The notes under the pieces: generated by a model | What the model saw: only the letters and a program-made list of their open reading frames with translations | What the model was told of the DNA's origin: nothing | The model's database searches: none | From: an uncultured Clostridia bacterium | GTDB lineage: Bacteria > Bacillota > Clostridia > Oscillospirales > CAG-272 | DNA: 64,000 nt | Assembly (NCBI GenBank): GCA_947630625.1 | Contig: CANRIL010000009.1 | Location: 15,284 to 79,283 of the forward strand | Direction of reading: 5' to 3' | Position numbers and translations under genes: made by a program | In this document: positions 48,817 to 56,077 of the stretch, piece by piece | How the letters are laid out: each line of letters opens with the position of its first letter | Numbering within the stretch: position 1 is the stretch's first letter

Positions 48817-48855
48817 AGTCTTATTATACCCGCGTGAAAAGAAATTGTTGATTTC

Positions 48856-48886
48856 GAAAAAATGGGAAGCTTTTTTAGGGCTTCCC
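48856..48886 (-). terminator. rho-independent terminator after guaB
   Basis: On the minus strand: GGGAAGC-cctaaaaaa-GCTTCCC followed by a T-run. Confidence 0.65.
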
Positions 48887-48906
48887 GTTTTGATTTTTAT
48901 GTATTA

Positions 48907-50412
48907 TCAGCCGAGCGGCTTGTTCGTAGGCTTCGGGATAACGTCGTGCGCGCCGCCCTCGACTATGCTGACCGATGAGACGAGCGTGAGCGTCGCTTTC
49001 TCCTGGAATTCGGGGATCGAGATCGCGCCGCAGCTGCACATCGTGGACTTGATCTTCGCAAGCGTGCGCTCAACATTGTCGGCAAGGCTGCCGGCGTACG
49101 GAACGTAAGAGTCGACGCCTTCTTCAAAGCTGAGCTTCGCCGCGCCGCCGAGGTCGTATCTCTGCCAGTTGCGCGCGCGGTTGCTGCCCTCGCCCCAGTA
49201 TTCCTTCATCAGCGTGCCGTTGATGTTGACCTTCTCGGACGGGCTCTCCTCAAAGCGGGCGAAATATCTGCCGAGCATGACGAAGTCCGCGCCCATCGCG
49301 AGCGCCAGCGTAATATGATGATCGTGCACGATGCCGCCGTCCGAGCAGACGGGGATGTAAACGCCTGTTTCGGCAAAATATTCGTCTCTTGCGCGGCATA
49401 CTTCGATGACCGCCGTCGCCTGACCTCTGCCGATGCCCTTTGTCTCGCGTGTGATGCAGATCGAGCCGCCGCCGATGCCGACCTTTACGAAGTCAGCCCC
49501 GCAGTCCGCGAGGAAGCGGAACCCGTCCTTGTCGACGACGTTGCCCGCGCCGACCTTTACGGTGTCGCCGTAGCGGTCGCGGATGAATTTGAGCGTGCGG
49601 CGCGTCCATTCGGTGAAGCCCTCGGAGGAGTCGATGCAGAGCACGTCCACACCGGCGTCAACGAGCGCGGGAACGCGCACCTCATAGTCGCGCGTGTTGA
49701 TCCCTGCGCCGACGGCGTAACGCTTTTCCTCGTCAAGCAGCTCGCGCGGATTCTTCTTGTGGCTGTCGTAGTCCTTGCGGAAGACGAAGTGGCGAAGGTG
49801 CCCGTCGGCGGAAACGATCGGGAGGGAATTGAGCTTGTTGTCCCAGATGATGTCGTTCGCCTCGCGGAGCGAGGTGCCCTCAGGGGCTGTTATGAGGCGG
49901 GAGGCGGGCGTCATGAACGATTCGACCGAAAGGTCGGGGGACATACGGCTGACTCTGTAGTCGCGGCCGGTGACGATGCCGAGCAGAAGACCGGTCGATG
50001 TTCCGTCGTCAGTGACGGCGACGGTCGAGTGGCCTGTCTTTTCCTTGAGCGCGAGAACGTCCGCAAGCGTTGCCGACGGCTTGATGTTCGAGTCGCTTTC
50101 CACAAAGCCGGCTTTGTAGCCTTTGACCTTTGCGACCATTGCAGCCTCTGACTCTATCGTCTGATTGCCGTATATAAACGAAAGCCCTCCCTCACGTGCG
50201 AGCGCAACGGCGAGCCTGTCGCCGGAGACGGACTGCATGATGGCTGACACCATCGGGATGTTGAGGGAGAGGGCGGGGGTTTCACCGCGGCGGAACTTGA
50301 CGAGCGGGGTTTTCAGCGAAACGTTGGCAGGAATACATTCCGCGGAAGAGTAACCGGGAATGAGAAGGTATTCATTGAATGTTCGCGAAGGTTCGTTGTA
50401 ATATTTTGCCAT
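48907..50412 (-). CDS. guaB: IMP dehydrogenase (IMPDH/GMPR family with CBS pair)
   Basis: 501 aa. N-terminus ..[12 protein letters not shown].., catalytic loop [15 protein letters not shown], and a central CBS-domain insert. Confidence 0.9.
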   Translation of the reverse strand: MAKYYNEPSRTFNEYLLIPGYSSAECIPANVSLKTPLVKFRRGETPALSLNIPMVSAIMQSVSGDRLAVALAREGGLSFIYGNQTIESEAAMVAKVKGYKAGFVESDSNIKPSATLADVLALKEKTGHSTVAVTDDGTSTGLLLGIVTGRDYRVSRMSPDLSVESFMTPASRLITAPEGTSLREANDIIWDNKLNSLPIVSADGHLRHFVFRKDYDSHKKNPRELLDEEKRYAVGAGINTRDYEVRVPALVDAGVDVLCIDSSEGFTEWTRRTLKFIRDRYGDTVKVGAGNVVDKDGFRFLADCGADFVKVGIGGGSICITRETKGIGRGQATAVIEVCRARDEYFAETGVYIPVCSDGGIVHDHHITLALAMGADFVMLGRYFARFEESPSEKVNINGTLMKEYWGEGSNRARNWQRYDLGGAAKLSFEEGVDSYVPYAGSLADNVERTLAKIKSTMCSCGAISIPEFQEKATLTLVSSVSIVEGGAHDVIPKPTNKPLG

Positions 50413-50471
50413 GATGCTCCTTTTGCCGAACGACGGGCGATGTTTGCTTTTTAACTATATTATACACATCT

Positions 50472-50500
50472 ATTATACTTCCGAACTCAGGTTAAGTCAA
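50472..50500 (-). promoter_or_regulatory. sigma-A-type promoter of guaB
   Basis: On the minus strand: TTGACT (50500-50495), 17-nt spacer, TATAAT (50477-50472). The leader is about 50 nt, too short for a purine riboswitch. Confidence 0.6.
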
Positions 50501-50512
50501 CACGCGAAAAGG

Positions 50513-50543
50513 AAAAAATCCCGCCGAATCCGGAGGGATTTTT
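50513..50543 (-). terminator. rho-independent terminator after the orphan gene
   Basis: Hairpin ATCCCTCCGG-attc-GGCGGGAT (minus-strand reading) followed by T6. Confidence 0.65.
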
Positions 50544-50553
50544 GTTTATTAAT

Positions 50554-50961
50554 TTAACGCAGTACTATATCTCCGCCAAAACCGGTGCTGCCGTCGTCGG
50601 TTCCGGGCAGCGTCATAGGCGCTGCGGGCGCGCCGGAAAGCATGAGCTCGACCGCCGTTTTGATATATGCGGCGAATTCCTCTTCGCTTATGATGTCGTA
50701 AAACCTCATGCCGAAAAGGATGTTGAGGTCGACCCCCAGAAACGCGCGCACCTTGTATTCGGGCATGCCTTCGGGCAGCATTTCCGCAATTGAGATGTTC
50801 GGCGGGATATGACCGAATTTTTTGAAAAGGGAACCTCTGCTTTTTTCCCAGCGCGGCGTGCGGTATTTGAACGAACGGTAATAGCTGCGCCTCCGCTTTT
50901 CGTGCTCAAGATGCTCTTTGTAAAGCTGATCTACAATGTCCGCGTATTCTTCCGGATCCAT
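50554..50961 (-). CDS. hypothetical protein (135 aa), no recognisable family
   Basis: ATG 50961 has GGAGG 8 nt upstream. Coding-like composition. It begins MDPEEYADIVDQLYKEHLEHEKRRRSYYRSFKYRTPRWEK... The longer track ORF (to 51075) runs into the terminator and hairpin RNA region and is rejected. Confidence 0.6.
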   Translation of the reverse strand: MDPEEYADIVDQLYKEHLEHEKRRRSYYRSFKYRTPRWEKSRGSLFKKFGHIPPNISIAEMLPEGMPEYKVRAFLGVDLNILFGMRFYDIISEEEFAAYIKTAVELMLSGAPAAPMTLPGTDDGSTGFGGDIVLR

Positions 50962-50980
50962 GGTAACACCTCCATAAAAT

Positions 50981-51230
50981 AAAAAAATGCGCCCCATCGG
51001 GGCGCACGAAAAACGTATCCTCGATGTTACCACACATCTCCAAGCAGAAGACCTGTAATCGAGAGCTATAAGCAAACGACAGAAATCTCCCTAGTCAAGG
51101 ATGAGGATACATTTTTACCTGTATATCATTCCTTGACTAGGAAAAAATATTCAGATTGTATTAGATTTCTATCGTTTGTTAGGGATACGTATAATTTATA
51201 CAGGTCTGCTTCTGTATAAAGATGTGTGGT
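50981..51230 (-). ncRNA. candidate structured sRNA (~250 nt; rod-like hairpin with a large central loop, 6S-like architecture) ending in an intrinsic terminator
   Basis: The predicted start at ~51230 follows a near-consensus promoter. An imperfect ~206-nt hairpin spans 51232-51027, with helices of 12, 13, 18 and 11 bp plus an apical stem-loop. An 8-bp GC stem plus U7 terminator lies at 51006-50981. There is no ORF, and the segment is AT-rich relative to its surroundings. Confidence 0.55.
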
Positions 51231-51236
51231 AAAATA

Positions 51237-51265
51237 ATAATATCACATCGGTCGGCGGGTGTCAA
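51237..51265 (-). promoter_or_regulatory. near-consensus sigma-A promoter driving the hairpin RNA
   Basis: On the minus strand: TTGACA (51265-51260), 17-nt spacer ending TGa, TATTAT (51242-51237). Confidence 0.6.
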
Positions 51266-51319
51266 TCGAAATTATCAAATCTTTTTTATAAAATTTACCG
51301 TAAAAATGAAAAATAACAC

Positions 51320-51348
51320 TTGCAATCGCCGAGGTTATGTGATATAAT
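51320..51348 (+). promoter_or_regulatory. sigma-A promoter of tRNA-Val
   Basis: TTGCAA (51320-51325), 17-nt spacer ending TGa, TATAAT (51343-51348). It is divergent from the sRNA promoter, 55 bp away. Confidence 0.6.
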
Positions 51349-51381
51349 AGCAAAGCGTTCACGGATGAGCGCGTATAATAT

Positions 51382-51455
51382 GGAAGCGTAGCTCAGATGG
51401 TTAGAGTGCTTGGTTGACATCCAAGAGGTCACTGGTTCGACTCCAGCCGTTTCCA
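51382..51455 (+). tRNA. tRNA-Val (anticodon GAC)
   Basis: Cloverleaf by eye. The acceptor GGAAGCG pairs with CGTTTCC, and the D arm is GCTC-agatggtta-GAGT. The anticodon stem CTTGG/CCAAG carries the loop ttGACat. The T arm is (A)CTGG-ttcgact-CCAG(C), followed by discriminator A. No CCA is encoded. Confidence 0.9.
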
Positions 51456-51458
51456 CAC

Positions 51459-51497
51459 TATCGCGGCAGGACAAATGTCCTGCCGCGATAAATTTTT
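51459..51497 (+). terminator. rho-independent terminator after tRNA-Val
   Basis: A 14-bp stem TATCGCGGCAGGAC-aaat-GTCCTGCCGCGATA followed by AATTTTT. Confidence 0.75.
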
Positions 51498-51518
51498 CGA
51501 ATAAAAAGGCTGTCTGCG

Positions 51519-51541
51519 CGCCCGTTCGGGGGCGTTTTTTT
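51519..51541 (+). terminator. second, weaker terminator hairpin
   Basis: CGCCC-gttcgg-GGGCG followed by T7. Confidence 0.5.
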
Positions 51542-51595
51542 CTTGCGGGGCGGTTAATTTTATGGTAAAATATAAAAGACAAAGGGGGCGTATTT

Positions 51596-52078
51596 ATGGA
51601 AAGGCTGGCTCACGAATTCGGCGCGGCATATGACGGCGAAAGCGAGATTCTGATCCTCGGCAGCTTTCCGTCAAAAAAGAGCCGCGAGGCGTCGTTTTAT
51701 TATGCGCACCCGCAGAACAGGTTCTGGCGCGTCCTTGCCGGGTGCTTTGATGATACCGTCCCGCAGACGGAGGCGGAGAAGCGCGAATTTTTGCGGCGGC
51801 ACAAGCTCGCGCTCTGGGATGTCGTTGACAGCTGCGAGATAAACGGTTCGAGCGACGCGTCGATCCGCAGCGTCGTGCCGACAGATATTCCCCGGCTCTG
51901 CCGGGAGGCGCCGATCAGGCGCGTCATTTTAAACGGGCGGACGGCTGAGCGGTATTTCCGCCGCTTTTTCCCGGATTTCGAAATCCCGACGGCGACAGCG
52001 CCGTCAACAAGTCCGGCAAACGCCGCGTGGACGCCGGAAAAGCTCGTCGCCGCGTGGAGAGGTGCGATTTTTTCATAA
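51596..52078 (+). CDS. DNA-deoxyinosine (hypoxanthine) glycosylase, UDG-superfamily
   Basis: ILILGSFPSKKSREASFYYAHPQNRFWRVL.., LALWDVV.SCE..GSSDA.I, PSTSPANA. This is the pattern of the family-6 hypoxanthine-DNA glycosylases. Confidence 0.8.
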   Translation: MERLAHEFGAAYDGESEILILGSFPSKKSREASFYYAHPQNRFWRVLAGCFDDTVPQTEAEKREFLRRHKLALWDVVDSCEINGSSDASIRSVVPTDIPRLCREAPIRRVILNGRTAERYFRRFFPDFEIPTATAPSTSPANAAWTPEKLVAAWRGAIFS

Positions 52079-52147
52079 AATTCGGCCGGGCGGCGATTTT
52101 TCGCCTTCAAATCCGGCTACAATATATTATATGAAAGGGAAAACGCA

Positions 52148-53179
52148 ATGAAGGTAGCATTTTTCGACACGAAGCAGTATGATGTTGAGCCGTTCCGTAT
52201 TTGCGGGGAGAAGGCGGGCATCGAATTTAAATTTTATGAGCCGAAGCTGACGGCGGACACGGCGGGGCTCGCGGCAGGATATGACGGAGTATGCGTCTTC
52301 GTCAACGACACCGTTGACGCCGAAGTCATTGATATTTTATATAACGAGGGCGTCCGCTTTATCGCGCTGCGCTGCGCGGGATACAACAATGTCGATGTCA
52401 GATACGCGTTCGGCAAGCTGCACGTCATGCACGTTCCGGCGTATTCGCCGTACGCCGTCGCCGAGCATGCGATGGCGATGCTTCTGACCTCGATCCGCCG
52501 CATACACAAGGCGTATATCAGGACGAGGGATTTCAATTTCAGCCTGTCGGGGCTGACCGGATTCGACCTGCACGGGAAGACCGTCGGCGTCGTCGGCACG
52601 GGCAGGATCGGCCGCGTATTTATCGACATCTGCCGCGGGTTCGGCATGAACGTTATCGCTTACGACAAGTTCCCGGCGAAGGATGCGGGGATCGACTACG
52701 TTGATCTGCACGAGCTTTACGCAAAATCGGACATCATATCCTTCCATTGCCCGCTGACGGACGAAACGCGCCACATGATAAACAAGGACACTATAAACGA
52801 GCTGAAGCGCGGCGTCGTCATCATCAACACGTCCCGCGGCGCGCTGATCGACGCGGAGGCGCTGCTTGCCGGAATAAAATCGCGCATCGTCGGCGCGGCG
52901 TGCCTCGACGTTTACGAGGAGGAGTCCGACATTTTCTTTGAGGATTATTCCGGCCACATCGTAGACGATGATACGCTCGCGCGGCTGATCTCGATGCCAA
53001 ACGTCATCGTCACCTCGCATCAGGCGTTTCTGACGACGGAGGCGCTGCACAATATCGCCGAGACGACGACGGAGAACATCGTGACTTTCGCATCTCGCGG
53101 CACGTGCGACAACGAGCTCTGCTATCACTGCGGCAACACCGAGACATGCAAAAAGCAGCGCCTTGAGCGCTGCTTCTGA
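52148..53179 (+). CDS. ldhA: D-isomer-specific 2-hydroxyacid dehydrogenase (D-lactate dehydrogenase-like)
   Basis: MKVAFFDTKQYD.., the NAD-binding motif VGVVGTGRIGRV, ..INTSRG.LID.., and catalytic ..TSHQAFLT.. Confidence 0.88.
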   Translation: MKVAFFDTKQYDVEPFRICGEKAGIEFKFYEPKLTADTAGLAAGYDGVCVFVNDTVDAEVIDILYNEGVRFIALRCAGYNNVDVRYAFGKLHVMHVPAYSPYAVAEHAMAMLLTSIRRIHKAYIRTRDFNFSLSGLTGFDLHGKTVGVVGTGRIGRVFIDICRGFGMNVIAYDKFPAKDAGIDYVDLHELYAKSDIISFHCPLTDETRHMINKDTINELKRGVVIINTSRGALIDAEALLAGIKSRIVGAACLDVYEEESDIFFEDYSGHIVDDDTLARLISMPNVIVTSHQAFLTTEALHNIAETTTENIVTFASRGTCDNELCYHCGNTETCKKQRLERCF

Positions 53180-53196
53180 CCGCGTTATTTTAAGAT

Positions 53197-54174
53197 TTAT
53201 TCTTCCGGCGCGTCAGGTTCGCCGTCCGTCTTCGTATCTTCCGGCTCGCCCGGTGTGACGTTCGCTGCTGTTTCATCGGGCTCGCCGTACGTCTCAGTAT
53301 CATATGGCTCGCCCTGTATGCCGTCGGTTATTGTATCATCGGGCTCGCCGTCGGTTTCCGTATCATCGGGCTCGTCTGCCTCGCCGTCCGCGATATCGCC
53401 GTCGTGACCGACCGATTCTTTCACGGCTGATGATGCGGCGCAGCGTCGGGAAATGCTCGTAAACAAAAGCGCCGCGGCATAGAAGATAATGATCGCGAAA
53501 ACAGACCCCGAAAGGTCGAGTATCACGTCATAGACGGAGTTTCCCCTGTCGGAGAAGACTTGTATCGTCTCATCCGTCGACGCGACGAAAAGGCAGCCGA
53601 GTACGGGCGCTGCCGTCATCGACCATGTGCGGCGAAGGTCGGCGTCGAATATAAAGTAGAGAAGCAAAATCGAGAGCATGCCGAGGCATGCGAACTCGGT
53701 GAAGTGCGCCAATTTGCGCACAAACAGCTCGAGCGTTACAAATTCGGCGTCCTGAAAAATATGCGACAGCAGCTTCGCGAAAAATGAGCTTTTCGCGGCG
53801 GAGTCATCTGCCGACATCGAGGAGTTGACCCAGATAAATATTATGTTGAGCGCCGTAAGCACGCCGACCGTTGTGATCGCAAACCGTCTTTTCTTTTTAT
53901 CCATCGTTTTTTTACCCGTTATAAAATATATAAGCAGCGCCGAAAGTATGATGAGGCATAAAAACTCCGCTATGTACGCGATGTTGCGCACCAGAATATG
54001 AAGCGGGATCGTTTCGAAGTTTTTTAAAATATGCGAAAGCAGTCTCGCGACAACCGAGCTTTCAGCGAGAGAGTCCGCGATCGGCACGGTGGAGCTGCCC
54101 CAGATCATCACTGTATTTGCCGCCGCAAGCAGGGATAGGGCGGCGACCACGCATCTTCTTTTCGTCTTATCCAT
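53197..54174 (-). CDS. VanZ-like membrane protein with an internally duplicated N-terminal module and an acidic repeat tail
   Basis: VanZ motif VRKLAHFTEFACLG. Residues ~1-90 and ~91-180 are paralogous (MDKTKRR.. / MDKKKRR..). The C-terminus carries GEP(D/E)DT-type repeats. Confidence 0.75.
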   Translation of the reverse strand: MDKTKRRCVVAALSLLAAANTVMIWGSSTVPIADSLAESSVVARLLSHILKNFETIPLHILVRNIAYIAEFLCLIILSALLIYFITGKKTMDKKKRRFAITTVGVLTALNIIFIWVNSSMSADDSAAKSSFFAKLLSHIFQDAEFVTLELFVRKLAHFTEFACLGMLSILLLYFIFDADLRRTWSMTAAPVLGCLFVASTDETIQVFSDRGNSVYDVILDLSGSVFAIIIFYAAALLFTSISRRCAASSAVKESVGHDGDIADGEADEPDDTETDGEPDDTITDGIQGEPYDTETYGEPDETAANVTPGEPEDTKTDGEPDAPEE

Positions 54175-54207
54175 TGTCCAAATGTCCGATTAAAACTCTT
54201 TCCCAAT

Positions 54208-54236
54208 ATTATAATATACATGCGCCCGATTGTCAA
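54208..54236 (-). promoter_or_regulatory. sigma-A promoter of the VanZ-like gene
   Basis: On the minus strand: TTGACA (54236-54231), 17-nt spacer, TATAAT (54213-54208). Confidence 0.5.
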
Positions 54237-54325
54237 AGCTTTTTTTCAGGCGGGAAGCGTGTAAATCCAATAAAAATGCTCATAACCCGCGCCGATTTTT
54301 CGCGTCGATTTAGTTAATCTCTCTA

Positions 54326-54353
54326 TTGAAAAAAACACAGAATATGGTACAAT
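54326..54353 (+). promoter_or_regulatory. candidate promoter of the small-ORF/carD unit
   Basis: TTGAAA (54326-54331), 16-nt spacer, TGgTACAAT (hexamer at 54348-54353). Confidence 0.45.
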
Positions 54354-54434
54354 ATTTACATAAGATGTACACTTGCCCACACTATACGGTAACGATATGT
54401 TTGCGGCTTTTGAAAGATCGGGGGTGGAGCGATT

Positions 54435-54629
54435 ATGGGAAGGATAAAGACAGGAAATTCGAAGAAGTCCTTTATGCGCGAGCATGACTGTCGTTTTTGT
54501 CTGCATTACGGCACATGCGCACACAAGGAATGTATGTTTGACGGCAACGGCGCCGCCGATGAGCGCGAGTACGGAAAGGACAGCGGAGCCAACACCGCTG
54601 AAAACGCACGCACGGCGGACTCGATCTGA
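54435..54629 (+). CDS. hypothetical small cysteine-containing protein (64 aa)
   Basis: GGGGTGGAG RBS 6 nt upstream of the ATG. It carries a CRFCLHYGTCAHKEC motif. The stop lies 15 nt before carD, and a promoter-like element lies ~80 nt upstream. Confidence 0.4.
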   Translation: MGRIKTGNSKKSFMREHDCRFCLHYGTCAHKECMFDGNGAADEREYGKDSGANTAENARTADSI

Positions 54630-54644
54630 TGGGGTTATGATATC

Positions 54645-55172
54645 ATGAGTACAAAATACGCGATAGGGGAGAAGATAATTTACAGCCAGTCCGGGATCTG
54701 TCAGGTCGAGGACATAACCGAAAACGAGTTTTACGGCGAGAAGACGGAATATTACGTTCTGCGTCCGCTTTATGACGCGGGTTCGCTCGTTTACGTCCCG
54801 ACCGACAATGAAAAGCTCGTTTCGCGCATCCGTTCCGCTATGACGGCGGACGAGGTCAACCGCATAATCAGCTACATGCCGAACGCGGAAAATATCTGGA
54901 TAGACAATGACAACCAGCGCAAGGAAGCGTTTTCCGAAATTCTTCTCGAAAACAAACCTCGCCGCTTAACGGAGCTCATCAGGACGCTCCGCGCCCGCCG
55001 CGAGGAACAGACTTTAAAGAAGAAGCGCCTCCACATTGCGGACGAACACATTCTTGAGCGCGCCCAGCGCATCCTTGGGGACGAGATATCATACGTCCTC
55101 GGCGTCGACAGGGCAAACGTCGATAATTTTATCGAGGAGCGCATCAGGAAGCTGTCCGTCAAGGAAGCATAA
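54645..55172 (+). CDS. carD: CarD-family transcriptional regulator
   Basis: The N-terminal Tudor-like RNAP-interaction domain (YAIGEKIIYSQSGICQVEDI....EYYVLRP......VYVP) matches CarD_CdnL_TRCF. Confidence 0.88.
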   Translation: MSTKYAIGEKIIYSQSGICQVEDITENEFYGEKTEYYVLRPLYDAGSLVYVPTDNEKLVSRIRSAMTADEVNRIISYMPNAENIWIDNDNQRKEAFSEILLENKPRRLTELIRTLRARREEQTLKKKRLHIADEHILERAQRILGDEISYVLGVDRANVDNFIEERIRKLSVKEA

Positions 55173-55183
55173 AATCAACCGAC

Positions 55184-55218
55184 TCCCTCCCGCGGCGGCA
55201 GCTGCGGGAGGGGATTTT
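55184..55218 (+). terminator. rho-independent terminator after carD
   Basis: TCCCTCCCGC-loop-GCGGGAGGGGA (one bulge) followed by TTTT. A second hairpin GGCGCGGATTG/CAATCCGCGCC follows at 55225-55253. Confidence 0.6.
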
Positions 55219-55302
55219 CGTTTCGGCGCGGATTGTTGTTGCAATCCGCGCCGGAGTGTTGTATACTTATAAAAAAGACGAGAAAAAGGCGGCTATTACG
55301 AT

Positions 55303-56055
55303 ATGTTTGACAGCAAAAAGGCAGTAAACGAGCTTATTTCATTCATACGCGGCTGGTTCGCGGCAAACGGCGACGGGTGCTCCGCCGTTATCGGCATATC
55401 CGGCGGGAAGGACAGCTCCGTTGCGGCGGCGCTTTGCGTACGGGCGCTCGGGGCGGAGCGCGTTATCGGCGTCCTCATGCCGAACGGCGAACAGAGCGAC
55501 ATTGACGTTTCGTATGACGTTGTGAATTTTCTTGGAATAAGGCACATGGTGATCAATATCAAATCATCATACGACGCGCTGACGGCAGAAATTCTCAAGA
55601 GCATGCCGGAGCTGTCGGCGCAGTCGGTCATCAATCTCGCGCCGAGGCTGAGAATGGCGACGCTTTACGCCGTCTCCCAGTCAAACAACGGCAGGGTCAT
55701 AAACACGTGCAATCTTTCGGAAGATTGGGTCGGCTATTCGACAAGATACGGCGACGCGGCGGGAGACGTGAGCCCGCTTTCCGACTTTACTGTCTGCGAG
55801 GTGAAAATGATCGGGCGCGAGCTTGGCTTGCCGCCACACATCGTTGACAAGGTCCCGTCGGACGGGCTGTGCGGCAGGACGGACGAGGACAACCTCGGCT
55901 TCACGTATGATACGCTCGACCGCTATATCAGGACGGGCGTCTGCGAGGACGCGGCGACAAAGGCGCTGATCGACAAAAAGCACTTCGCGAATAAATTCAA
56001 GCTCATGTTGATGGGCAAATGCGGGTCCGGACTTCCGCGGCTCGCCGACGATTGA
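55303..56055 (+). CDS. nadE: ammonia-dependent NAD+ synthetase
   Basis: PP-loop GISGGKDSSVAAAL, ..NLSEDWVGYSTRYGD.., ..DEDNLGFTYD.LD.Y.. Confidence 0.92.
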   Translation: MFDSKKAVNELISFIRGWFAANGDGCSAVIGISGGKDSSVAAALCVRALGAERVIGVLMPNGEQSDIDVSYDVVNFLGIRHMVINIKSSYDALTAEILKSMPELSAQSVINLAPRLRMATLYAVSQSNNGRVINTCNLSEDWVGYSTRYGDAAGDVSPLSDFTVCEVKMIGRELGLPPHIVDKVPSDGLCGRTDEDNLGFTYDTLDRYIRTGVCEDAATKALIDKKHFANKFKLMLMGKCGSGLPRLADD

Positions 56056-56077
56056 AAAAACAAAAGGGGGAAATATC

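Noticed and set aside
50413-50553. A purine riboswitch upstream of guaB.
   Set aside because: The predicted promoter leaves only a ~50-nt leader, and the only strong hairpin there is the terminator of the upstream gene.
51027-51232. The hairpin as SRP (4.5S/scRNA) RNA, a T-box, or a riboswitch controlling the downstream gene.
   Set aside because: It has no domain-IV-like GGAA tetraloop or AGCAG-type motif, and no T-box sequence (AGGGTGGTACCGCG-like). No segment could pair with the 5' half of the GC-rich terminator to form an antiterminator. The terminator therefore looks constitutive, which favours a stand-alone sRNA.
51295-51582. 95-aa minus-strand ORF.
   Set aside because: It overlaps the tRNA-Val gene, its promoter and two terminators. 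The translation is clearly non-genic.
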